Shown: positions 45,729-57,293 of the stretch, one piece after another
Position numbering within the stretch: the first letter of the stretch is position 1
Layout: each line of letters starts with the position of its first letter
Assembly: GCF_018350175.1 (NCBI RefSeq)
Contig: NC_058368.1
Location: 121,584,001 to 121,648,000 of the forward strand
Direction: 5' to 3'
DNA length: 64,000 bases
From: Felis catus
Lineage: Eukaryota
Made by a program: the position numbers and the translations under genes
The notes under the pieces: generated by a model
Seen by the model: the letters and a program-made list of their open reading frames with translations, nothing else
Database searches by the model: none
Told to the model about the DNA's origin: nothing

Positions 45729-47556
45729 AAGTGGCATAAGTCCTCTGCTTTCGTCAGGGATCCATGGCCCTCCAAACAATTAAGAATCCCTGGCCCTCTT
45801 GCCATCTCTTCCCAAATGACACCTCTGTCATTTGTGTGCCCCTTGTCGTAGTTGTATCTGCATTTGACCTGTGCATAATTTTTCTCTAAAATAAAGCTGG
45901 ATGTGAGAGTATATGTACTTTAACAACAATGCCCATGAAATTGTGAGTGTGGGCTTGAGGAGTGGAACCCTATCTCTGTCTCATCTCTATCTCTGTCTCT
46001 GTCTCTATCATCTCTCTCTTTCTATTTATCTACTTTAAAAACAAAACAAAACAAAACAAAACAGAACAACAAAAAAAAAACCTTCCAAAGCCATTAAATA
46101 AAAAGTTCTCCTTAGCACACCACTCCACATACTCTCTGTTTCCCCCAACCCTGTGCATCTCTCCTGAAGCATATCTGAGAAGACACTGGTCCATTGGTTC
46201 CCCCAAAACCGATCTAGCTGAAGGTTCCTTAGGTTTTTTTCACCCATCTTCCATCACCGGCTCCCCAACCTCCTCTGTAGCCCGTCCAAAAGCAGACGCG
46301 AATGCCCCTCCTTTCCACATTGTCTGCCTTTGTGATCACATATTGTCTGAAGCTGCTGTCAAACCCCAGCACTATCCCCAGACCCTGCTGGCAGCAAGGG
46401 ACCCCGAGTGTCCACCCTGAGCATCCCCTCTCTGCAGCCGGGGCCCGCGCTGCTGGCCTTGTCGCTGCCTGGCTGACTTTGTCATGAGTGACAGGGGCTG
46501 GCGGAGGGCTGGCAGTGAGTGGAAGCGGTCCTGACACCCGAGCTGTGTGCGGTGCGCTAATTACACTGATGTGGGGTCTGGGCTGCGCGGTCCTTCGCTC
46601 AGAGGAAGGATGTATGCAGGCGCGGGGAGCGAGCGGCACTACAGAGGAAACGGGGGAACAGCAGCACCTAGGCGCATCCATAATTTATAAAATGCCAGCA
46701 GCAACAAAGGCAAAGAGGGACCAGAACCAGGAGAACAGAATAGCATAAAGCTTTTTAATGGTCTTTTTCTATTAATGTCAGATGGGCGACCGTTTTTCAA
46801 GTGGATGGAAGTGTTCCAAGGCCCCCACAGTTCAGTCACAAAAGCTAAATGCTGCCATTTACCCCTCCTCTCCCAGCTTTGTGGAGGAGCTTAGCCATCC
46901 TGTAAGCCAAGTGTAATAGTTGAGGTTCAAGTGGGCATCTGATCCTTCCAGAGAAGCTGCCTGCTCTTTTGAAGCTTCCTACGGAGGAATCAAAACGGCT
47001 CCATTCTCTTGTCCTAACGTTACCAGCAATTTAGTATTTGTACCATTTGCAGAGGGCCCGGCAGTGTGGATTTTAAGAGCACAGGCCTGGAGGTGCCACT
47101 CGGCAGTGGTGAGATCTGGGACACCTGCTTCCTCTCCTGTGCCTCAGTTTCCTCACTTATAAAATGGAGCTGATAAAATCACCTGCCTCTTGAGACTCTC
47201 GGGATATTTGGGAATAACGCACATAAGCTCACCTAACGAAGTGTGTGGTTGTTGGTAAGCACTAGCTGTCAACGCCTTCTGGGTTCTTCCAAACTCAGTC
47301 TTCTTTGTCTGCTGTTCACGTCCCCCAGAAGTAACCCTTATGCTCATGGTATGTGTATGTTCCCCATGCACGTTACAAAACTTGCTTTTGCTCTGGACTG
47401 TGAGTATCCGTGAACGACTGTATGTTTCTGAGATTTGTCCATGTTGCAACAGGTAGTGCTGGTTCATTTATGAACTGTTGTATAGAATCCCACCGCTGAT
47501 TTTTCCAATCTTCTATTGCTATTCAAAATAGGTAATAATTAGGCCACTCCAATTCT

Positions 47557-49054
47557 TTTTTTTCAATATATGAAATTTATTGTCAAATTGGTTTCCATAC
47601 AACACCCAGTGCTCATCCCAAAAGGTGCCCTCCTCAATACCCATCACCCACCCTCCCCTCCCTCCCACCCCCCATCAACCCTCAGTTTGTTCTCAGTTTT
47701 TAAGAGTCTCTTATGCTTTGGCTCTCTCCCACTCTAACCTCTTTTTTTTTTTTCCTTCCCCTCCCCCATGGGTTTCTGTTAAGTTTCTCAGGATCCACAT
47801 AAGAGTGAAACCATATGGTATCTGTCTTTCTCTGTATGGCTTATTTCACTTAGCATCACACTCTCCAGTTCCATCCACGTTGCTACAAAGGGCCATATTT
47901 TGTTCTTTCTCATTGCCCTGTAGTACTCCATTGTGTATATAAACCACAATTTCTTTATCCATTCATCAGTTGATGGGCATTTAGGCTCTTTCCATAATTT
48001 GGCTATTGTTGAGAGTGCTGCTATAAACATTGGGGTACAAGTGCCCCTGTGCATCAGTCCTTCTGTATCCCTTGGGTAAATTCCTAGCAGTGCTATTGCT
48101 GGGTCATAGGGTAGGTCTATTTTTAATTTTCTGAGGAACCTCCACACTGCTTTCCAGAGCGGCTGCACCAATTTGCATTCCCACCAACAGTACAAGAGGG
48201 TTCCCGTTTCTCCACAACCTCTCCAACATCTATAGTCTCCTGATTTGTTCATTTTGGCCACTCTGACTGGCGTGAGGTGATATCTGAGTGTGGTTTTGAT
48301 TTGTATTTCCCTGATAAGGAGCGACGTTGAGCATCTTTTCATGTGCCTGTTGGCCATCCAGATGTCTTCTTTAGAGAAGTGTCTATTCATGTTTTCTGCC
48401 CATTTCTTCACTGGGTTATTTGTTTTTCGGGTGTGGAGTTTGCTGAGCTCTTTATAGATTTTGGATACTAGCCCTTTGTCCAATATGTCATTTGCAAATA
48501 TCTTTTCCCATTCCGTTGGTTGCCTTTTAGTTTTGTTGGTTGTTTCCTTTGCTGTGCAGAAGCTTTTTATCTTCATAAGGTCCCAGTAATTCATTTTTGC
48601 TTTTAATTCCCTTGCCTTTGGGGATGTGTCGAGTAAGAGATTGCTACGGCTGAGGTCAGAGAGGTCTTTTCCTGCTTTCTCCTCTAGGGTTTGGATGGTT
48701 TCCTGTCTCACATTCAGGTCCTTTATCCATTTTGAGTTTGTTTTTGTGAATGGTGTGAGAAAGTGGTCTAGTTTCAACCTTCTGCATGTTGCTGTCCAGT
48801 TCTCCCAGCACCATTTGTTAAAGAGACTGTCTTTTTTCCATTGGATGTTCTTTCCTGCTTTGTCAAAGATTAGTTGGCCATATGTTTGTGGGTCTAGTTC
48901 TGGGGTTTCTATTCTATTCCATTGGTCTATGTGTCTGTTTTTGTGCCAATACCATGCTGTCTTGATGATGACAGCTTTGTAGTAGAGGCTAAAGTCTGGG
49001 ATTGTGATGCCTCCTGCTTTGGTCTTCTTCTTCAAAATTACTTTGGCTATTCGG
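47557..49054 (-). mobile_element. Young 5'-truncated felid L1 (about 1.5 kb; ORF2 C-terminal part + 3'UTR)
   Basis: Uninterrupted ORF 47788..49062 ([40 protein letters not shown]). Perfect 17-bp TSD taggccactccaattct at 47540-47556 and 49055-49071. Confidence 0.97.
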
Positions 49055-49119
49055 TAGGCCACTCCAATTCTGCTGCTTTACTGATCCCACTCTGTCTGAA
49101 TCTCCCTCCACGCTTCCTT

Positions 49120-49555
49120 TTTTTGTTTTTTTTTAAGATCTTTCTCTTAATTCCAGGGGTACCTGGATGGCTCAGTCGGTTAAGCGTCTGACTTCAGCTC
49201 AGGTCATGATCTCATGTTTCATGAGTTTAAGCCCTGCATCAGACTCTGTGCTGACAGCTCAGAGCCTGGAGCCTGCTTTGGATTCTGTGTCTCCCCCTCT
49301 CTCTGCCTCTTGCCTGCTTGTGTTCTCTCTCTGTCTCTCAAAAAATGAATAAATCTTAAAAAAAATTAAAAAAAAAAGATTTCTCTTAATTCCAGTTAGT
49401 TAGCATACAGTGTTGTATTAGTTTCAGGCACATAATATAGTGATTCACCACTTCCATACATCACTGGATGCTCATCACAGTAAGTGCCTCCTTAAGCCCC
49501 ATCACCTCCTTCATGGATCCTCCCACCCCCTCCCCTCTGGTAACCATCAGTTTCT
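49120..49555 (-). mobile_element. Older carnivore L1 3'-end fragment interrupted by a Can-SINE
   Basis: taattccagttagttagcatacagtgttgtattagtttcagg...ccctctggtaaccatcagttt. Confidence 0.7.
49156..49376 (+). mobile_element. Can-SINE
   Basis: TSD tttctcttaattcca. Confidence 0.92.
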
Positions 49556-49801
49556 TTTCCCCTCCACTCTTTCTTTTGTGGATTTTCCAGTCAACTTTCT
49601 AGTAAGGACCCCACACCACATCCCCGGAAGTATCTTTGCTCCTGGATTAACATGTCTTAGGCATGAAAAGTAAAAAAATAAAATAAAAGGTCTTGACAAT
49701 ACTTTCTTCCCACACACTTTCTGCAGGCAAGTTTTCTCTAAGAGTCTCCCCTTGAATCCAGGATCACCTCAGAATCAGGGTGTCTTTTAAACTATAAAAG
49801 A

Positions 49802-50011
49802 GGGGGCGCCTGGGTAGCTCCGTCAGTTAAGCATCTAACTTTTGATTTCGGCTGAGGTCATGATCTCATGTTTTGTGAGATGGAGCCCTGCATCAGGGTC
49901 TGTGCTGACAGTATGGAGCCTGCTTAGGATTCTCTCTCTCCTTCTGTCTCTGCCCCTCTCCACTCCTGTGTGCTGACGCACTCATGCTCTCTCAAAAAAA
50001 AAAAAAAAAAA
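49802..50011 (+). mobile_element. Can-SINE
   Basis: SINE head, A tail; flanking duplication agaatcagggtgtct. Confidence 0.9.
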
Positions 50012-50396
50012 AGAATCAGGGTGTCTCTTAAACCTAATGTATCTTCCTTATAAGCAACATAAATCATTGAATACCAAAACTAGAAAACCAATCTTACGTA
50101 TTAAGCAGGGAAAAGGGAAATGCTCTCAGTTATATTGAATATTAGCTAACCACAAAAGAGCTGTACAAATGTTTTAAGATCAAAGGAAATTGAAGGGCTC
50201 AGTGGATGGAATTAGGCCTAAAGAACAAAAAAAACACAATAGTTAAAGCGCTAAAAAAGACAAAGCAAAGCAAGACAAAAATGAAAAAGCAGTCATCTAG
50301 GATGACAGAAAGGAAGAGAAACTGATGTCAAGCAGATATACATTAACCTGACGTCATTGATATTTAGTTTGGGTGCCAAGATGACTCATTCCAATG

Positions 50397-50501
50397 TGTA
50401 TTAGTTTCCTGGGGCTCCTACAACAAAGTACCACACACTGGGTGTTTTGAACACCCTGATTCTAGAGGCTGGAAGTCCTAGATCAAGATGTCAGAAGGGT
50501 T
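50397..50501. mobile_element. MLT1 LTR terminal fragment
   Basis: tgtattagtttcct...acaaagtaccacacactgggtg...ctagaggctggaagtc...gatcaagatgtcag...agggttgg. Confidence 0.7.
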
Positions 50502-50719
50502 GGGGCACCTGGGTGGCCCAGTCAGTTAAGTAGACTTTGGCCTATGATCATGAATGTCCGACTTTGGTCATGATCTCACGGTTCGAGGGTTCGAGCCCCG
50601 CATTGGGCTCAGAGCCCAGAGCCTGCTTTGGATTCTGTGTCTCCTCCACTTTCTGCCCCTCCCCCACTCTCTCTGTCTCTCTCAAAAATAAACAAACATT
50701 AAAAAAATAAAACAAAAAT
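50502..50719 (+). mobile_element. Can-SINE (rearranged head)
   Basis: SINE head with a duplicated gactttgg segment; A tail. Confidence 0.85.
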
Positions 50720-50962
50720 ACTTCCTAAAAAAGGATTCACCTATATGAGCAAGGTCCCTTAAATTATCAGTTCTTTTAGTACTTTGAAGAATTGAGTACA
50801 AGAAAGGGCATCTATATGCATAGATAACATCAGAGCATTAGGGATGGTTATCTCTCAGAGGAGGGATTAGGGGTCATTCTTTGTGCATACATTTTTCTTT
50901 ATTTTTATTCTATATTTTCCAAAATTTCTACAACAAATTTTCTAATTTCAGAGTAGACAGAG

Positions 50963-51195
50963 TATTTATTTATGTATTTATTTATTTATTTATTATTTTT
51001 AATGTTTATTTATTTTTGAGAGAGAGACAGAGTGTGAGCAGGCAAGGGGCAGAGAGAGGGAGACACAGAATCTGAAGCAGGCTCCAGGCTCAGCTGTCAG
51101 CATAGAGCCCGATGCGAGGCTTGAACTCATGAACAGTGAGATCATGACCTGAGCTGAAGTCAGATGCTTAACCGACTGAGCCACCCAGGCGCCCC
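50963..51195 (-). mobile_element. Can-SINE
   Basis: (TTTA)n tail and reverse SINE body. Confidence 0.92.
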
Positions 51196-52764
51196 ATTTT
51201 TTTTCTTTTAAAGAACTGTTTTTAAGTGGAGTTTAACATAGCTGGAGAGCACAGAAATTTAAAGAAGAGCTCAAAGTCATAATAACTGCTACAGTTTTCT
51301 GGGTTTTTACTTTATGTCAAGCACTGTGTGTTGTTGTGCATTGTTCACTAAGAGAAGGACAGTCTCTGGTTAACAATGATAACAAATGGATTTTGAAAAC
51401 ATGAAGTTAGAATTCACGCTCACTCAGCCTGGCTGCTTCAAAAGCCAGAACACTTAACTGCCACATTGTCATGCTTCTAAAGACTGAAGCTTAGGTTGAA
51501 ATGAAGCCATTCTGAACTTATTTGCCAGTGGGGAAAAGGGGTAATAGTTAATCTAACAACAATAAAACAAGTCCCCCAAATCAGTTTTCATGTATCTTTC
51601 CAAAAACACATCTGTTTTGCAAACAAAAGTCTCCTGTTCAGGAAGGTCATACTTGCCTATGACCTTTTTGCTCAGCAGCTATTTCTCCATGAATGTGGTA
51701 AAAAGAGAAAGATCTTGACACTTCTTTTCTCACATGATTAAGTGATGCCTGGGATGCATAAAGGACAATTGTAGCCCCAGATAACAGTGAAGTGTGTGAG
51801 GTTATTTACTGTAAAGGCATTAGGATTCTCAGCCTGCCGCATGTGCCCAGCACAAAGGAAAGTGGGTATTTGATAGCTCTCCAGTTCCTCTGTCTGGGGA
51901 TTCAGCCAAATGGAATCATCTAGACTCAAAACATACTTTGGGGTCTGAATTTTCTATTTGAGCTGTTGCCACTAATCAAATGAGCCAGGTAAGGGAGGTG
52001 TAGAGCTCAGATGCTCCATCCATCAATGTCGTAGCCTGAATTTTGGGATTTGAAACTCTAAATCAGAGGAAGGAGGAAGATTGGCCAGAAAGATGGCAAC
52101 AGCGTGCTGTGTTGTAGTGCATGAAGGTTTGTCTATGTGTTTAAGCCTATGAAGGAGATAGAGAAAGGAGAGGCAGATACAAATCATAGCCAAAGAAGGA
52201 AGGTTGCTAGTGGGGAGAGCTACACTGTAGGGATGTCTGGTTAAATGATTATTCAGGTCTCAACATTCAGGTCTCTTGCATACAGCTAGGTACTCTGGAG
52301 GTTGTGGTGAATGTCTAGCCTCTATTCCCTGTTCTGGCACTTCAGTTTTCTTTGGCTGGGAAGGGGGGCATCCATTCTCCCTCTTGATGGTATGGTCAGT
52401 CAAGGCATCCCTCCTTCTCCTGGCCCAAAGCAGTCCACGCTGCACACTAAGAGTGCTGCCCACGAGAGATAGTTCTTATCCGTTCCTGTAACATAGACAT
52501 ACCAAGCTGCTTTGGTTTCTGTTCTTCCTGGTTCTGTAGCTTTGTATGGTTGTGTGGGCTCCTCCATAGCCTTCTGGCAAATTCTCTCCATTTTTTTAAG
52601 TTAACCAGTCAATTTCTTTCACCTAGCTGATGAGTTCCTACTATATAAACTTTCCATTTCATGATGCTTCAGGGGCTGAAGAGAACTTTGAAGGATTTGG
52701 AAAGAATTGTGAGGAGAGTCATAAGAATGTTTAGTAGGTGATAGGTTTGTGGACTTCCTTACAA

Positions 52765-52867
52765 TTTTTTTTTTTTTAAATAGGCTCCACACCCAACACA
52801 GGGCTTGACCTCATGACCTGGAGATCAGGAGTCCCATGCTCCACAGACTGAGCCTGCCAGGTGCCCC
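52765..52867 (-). mobile_element. Short Can-SINE subtype
   Basis: taggctccacacccaac...gagatcaggagtc...ctgagcctgccaggtgcccc. Confidence 0.85.
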
Positions 52868-53129
52868 TTGTGGGGCCTTCTTAAAGAAACATAGTTGTGC
52901 CCCAAGAAAAGAAATTTGGGTTAGTTGTCTTTGACTGACTCTATGCTTTTAAATAAGATGGAGAGTTGAGGACATTATCTTGGAAACTTATGTGAAAATA
53001 TTTCTCCTGAAATATTTTAACACCTAGGACCAATGTGTCTTTTAAAAGACAATTCATGTGAAGATTTGCACCCATTTCTCCATTTTTTTTTTTACATGTA
53101 GACATAACAAACTTCTTCAAAGAACTGTT

Positions 53130-54400
53130 TAAATATGTTGTCTGTAATTCCTCATCTCCTATTCAATTTACTCTTCAAGTCACTGCAGTTTGGTTGCTCT
53201 CCTCATGGCTGCCATAGTCAAATCCAATGGGCCTTTTTCAGATATTCTTTTATCCAGCCTCTTGACAGTATTTGACACTGTTGACCACTCCTTCCTTCTT
53301 AAATTACTCTCTTGCTTTGGCTTCCATGACTTCCTCTTCTCCTGATTTTTTTTTCTCCTGCTTGTCTGATTGATTATTCTCAGCTTCTTTGAAAGTCCCT
53401 TTCCTCTGCCCATTCCTTAAATGTAGGTGTTCTTCTGAGATCTTCCTTTCTTCATATTCCATACAGATGATTGATTGTTTTATCTACTCCTATGGCTTCA
53501 ATTACAGTCTATTTGCAGATAATTCTTAAATGTGCATCTCTCTCTCTTTCTCTTTCAGACCTCCCTGGCTGCCAGGTCTTTATATGTAACAGACCTCAAG
53601 AATATTCTTTTGGATATGTCACGGGCACTTCAAACCCAACATTTCCAAAACTTATTGCCTTGTGTGTCCTATTTGGGCAAATGGTATCACCAGACACCCA
53701 GTTTTCAGAGTCAGAAACTAGAGCATCTTCTTTGATTCTTCCCTTTCATTGACTTTCCAAAGCCAAGAAATCACCAGGATGTACCAATTCAACCAACTAA
53801 AACATCTCTTAAATCCATCCATTTCTCTCTAGCTCCATTGCCATGTCCCTAGTCCCGTCCATCATCATCTCTCACTCTATGACCGCAGTAGCCTTCTAGA
53901 CAGTTATCCTATCCAGAAGCTCTTTACCAGGCAGCCAGAGCAAACCTTTCAAAGTACAAATTGGTGATTTCACTCCTCTGTCTAAAGCCCATCAATGCTT
54001 CCACTTCCCTTAGAATGAAGCCCAGATTCTTGGTATAAATGGCTAGCCCTTCCTAATAGTCTCTTGCCAGCCTCTCCAGCCTTATTTGATTTCTCCTGCC
54101 TCCCTATGCTGCTGGCACAGTGAACTTCCCACATCCTGTTCTTTCTCTCCACCAGCCTTTCACACATGTTCACACTGCCTGGAATGGTTTTTGTCTCTCC
54201 TACTTTGACTTAACTTCTACTCAGCTTTCACATCTCTTCTTCTTGGAAGCCTTCCATGAGCTTCCCCTCTTCTCCTGCCCATTGACTGGGCTAGTGCCTC
54301 TAATTTGGTGCTCTGTGTTCATATAAAGTTCTGTTTCTCTCCAGTCATGTCCCTGATTATCATGTATTGAAATTACCTGCTTTCAGCACATGGCTGTATA
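53130..54400 (+). mobile_element. Degenerate L2 LINE (RT region to 3' end)
   Basis: gacagtatttgacactgttgaccactccttccttctt corresponds to the L2 RT FDTVDH motif. Confidence 0.75.
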
Positions 54401-54899
54401 GTTGGGAGATAAAAGATCACAGCTTCCCACCATTTTACACTGAGTACCTAGTTCATAGTACTTCTAGTAGATAGTACTAGCATTTCTTCAACGAATTAAT
54501 TAATAACATAAAAGAGAATAAGAAAAATGAGCAAACAATTCTTTATTACTACCAAGAATGCAAGAAGAGAAAATATTTAAATGGTAGCAAGGGGAGTTTG
54601 ATTGAGCTATTTGGGAAATACTTCTGTAAGCTGGGTTGGTAAACATTAGTCTTGCTTTTTCTGTGGGTATGGTTGTATCTCCTTGGGAGACACAGAATAC
54701 AAGAGTCTTACCTGCTTAGGAAGCAGACAGAAGAAGGGACTAGATAATATCTCTAGACCTTAGAATTCATTTCAAAAAGCTTGCCAAATTTGGTATCTGG
54801 CTGACTCAACAAAGTGTTACAAGATTACCCCCACGTTATAAAACCATGTATTATTAAAAGAAGAACAGCTCAAATTCTGAGAGGAATTATGATAATTAT

Positions 54900-57060
54900 T
54901 CCTTTTCATATATCCTCCATTGCTATTCTTTCACTTCATCATACTCAGTGAAAACCATAACTTTGGTTCCAACACTGACCTACTCTGAGCCTGTATCCTT
55001 GTAGCTGAATGTGCTGGAGAGCATAACCCATAACCACACTTTAAAATCTCACTTTAAAAGGGTGACTTTGAAACTCAAGTGGGCCACTACCAGACAACCA
55101 CAGTGCTTACCTTGGTTCATTTATACTCTTACAACCTAGACAGTTATTTCACACATGTCCTCCCCAAGTCTCTCATTCCCCCTCTGCAATCCTCATTCCT
55201 AACTGGTAAGTCAGTTTTATCCTTCAATAAGAAAACTGAAGTAATCTGTAACCAAACCTAAACCTCCCAACACTTTCACCGCCTAATGTGCCTTCCTTCT
55301 TGTTAGAATAGATGAACTTTCTATACTCTTATCTAACACCAATACCTTTGCTTCTGCACTAAATCATTTCTCCTCTTGCTTACTTCAAGACATAACTCCA
55401 GTGAGTCTGTCCTGCTTCCCCACATAATCAGTTTTTTGCCCTCTATAGATTATTTGCATCTTACAAAAATCTGCTCTTGACACCATTCCCCTCGCCAGCT
55501 ACTAATGTCCCATTTCTTTGTTTCCCTTTTCATCAAAACTTTTCTGGAGTTGTCTATACTTCCTGTCTTCAATTCCTCTTCTCTCAAGTTCTCTTGAACC
55601 CAGTTCAGTCAGGTTCCACTCTAATTGCTCTATCATGTTTATCGGTAACCTCCACTTGGCTAAATCCAATGGTTAATAAGCAGTTCCCAGCATCTTAAAC
55701 CCATCAGCAGTATTTGACCAGTTGATTGCTCCCTTCTCTTTGATGCTTTCCCACTTTGCTTTCAGTATGACACATTCTCTTGTTCTCCTGTACCATTGGC
55801 TAATCCTTCACAATTCTCCTTGCAAGTTTCTCCTTTTCTCTCCAAGCTCCTAATTGCAGCGCCTTGGACCTTTTCTCCATTGACACACATCCTGCTGGTC
55901 ATCTCATCCTATCCTATCTCAGGGGGTGCCTGGGTGGCTCAGTCAGTTAAGCATTCGACTTTGTTTCAGGTCATGATCTCGCGATTTGTGAGTTCAAGCC
56001 CCACGTCAGGCTCTCTCCTGACAGCTCAGAACCTGGAGCCTGCTTTGAGTTCTGTGACTCCCTCTCTCTCTGCCCCTCCCCTGCTTTCACTCTGTCTCTG
56101 TCTCTGTCTCTGTCTCTGTCTGTCTCTCCCTCAAAAAGAAACATTAAAAAAATCCCATCTCAGTTCTGTTGATGCACACATGTACATTTCCAGCCTTCAT
56201 CTCTGTCTTCAACTAAAGACTTCTGTGTCTAACTGTTGATTTGACATCTCCACTCAGATGTCTGATAGACACCTGAAACTTAATATGTGCGGGGCTGAAC
56301 TCCTTGTCTTGCTCACTAAATCTGTTCTGGCCCCTGCTTTCCCCATCTCAGTATATTGTAATTATGTCCTTCCAGGGGCTCAGGCCAAAAACCTCAGTGT
56401 CATTCTTCAGTTTAACCCATCAGCAAATCCTGTTTGCTCTTCCTTCAAAGTGTATCTGCCCCCTTCTCACTGCCTCCACAGCTACCACCCCAATCCAGGC
56501 TGTCCTTATATCTTATAATAGTCTCCTGACAAATGGGGTCCCCCTGCTTCCACCCTTGCCCCTCAGTTATCCATTCTCAACAAAACTGCTATGACAAGTC
56601 AGCTCATGTCACATTTATGCTCACAACTGTTCCCTTAGGGTAAATATCAGTCTTCACAGTGGTCCATGGTCTAGATTCCTGCTACCTCTCTGACCTCACC
56701 CTCACCTATTACTATCCCCTGCTCACTGTTTGACAATCTGGCAAACCCGCCAGTCCACTCTCACTTAGGGTCTTTGCTGTAAGTATTCCCTCTGCTTGGA
56801 ATGCTTTTCCCAGAGATATCTATTTGCCTATCTTCCTCACCTCCCTCAAATATTTACTCAAATTCCAACCACTCACCTTCTGATCATCCTGGACAATACT
56901 CCCACACCCAATTTTCTTGATTCTCTTTACCTTGCTCAACTTTGTCTTTTTTGTATTATTATCAATAAATTTTCTAATTTATTTATTTCTAATGTATGTG
57001 TTATTTTTATAGTCTGTTTTCTGACTCCTTGTAGAATTTATATTCTAAAGGTCAAGGATC
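54900..57060 (+). mobile_element. Second degenerate L2 LINE, interrupted by a Can-SINE
   Basis: aaatccaatgg...catcagcagtatttgacc and gatgtctgatagacacctgaaacttaatatg L2 motifs. Confidence 0.7.
55922..56152 (+). mobile_element. Can-SINE nested in L2
   Basis: TSD atcctatctcag / atcccatctcag. Confidence 0.92.
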
Positions 57061-57096
57061 ATTGTTTTGGGATGTAACTTTCCCAAACTACTAGAG

Positions 57097-57293
57097 CAGA
57101 GTTTCTCATCCTTAGTACTAAGACCTTTGGGCTGTATAACTGTATGTGTTGTAGGATGGTTAGCAGAATCCATGGCCTCTACCCACTAGTTGCCAGGAGT
57201 AGCACCTAGTTGTGACAACCAAAAATGTCCCCAGCCATTGCTAAATGTCCCCTGGGGTGGGGGGCAAAATCATCCCTAGCTGTGAAAAACAGT
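57097..57293. mobile_element. MER20 hAT DNA transposon
   Basis: tgtaggatggttagcag...ggcctctacccactag...gttgtgacaaccaaaaatgtc...aaatgtcccctggggtggggggcaaaatc resembles the MER20 consensus; flanked by CTAGA targets. Confidence 0.88.

Noticed and set aside
47788..49062. 424-aa ORF as a host gene
   Set aside because: It is the L1 ORF2 C-terminal fragment within a TSD-flanked truncated L1. The same applies to 33068..33679.
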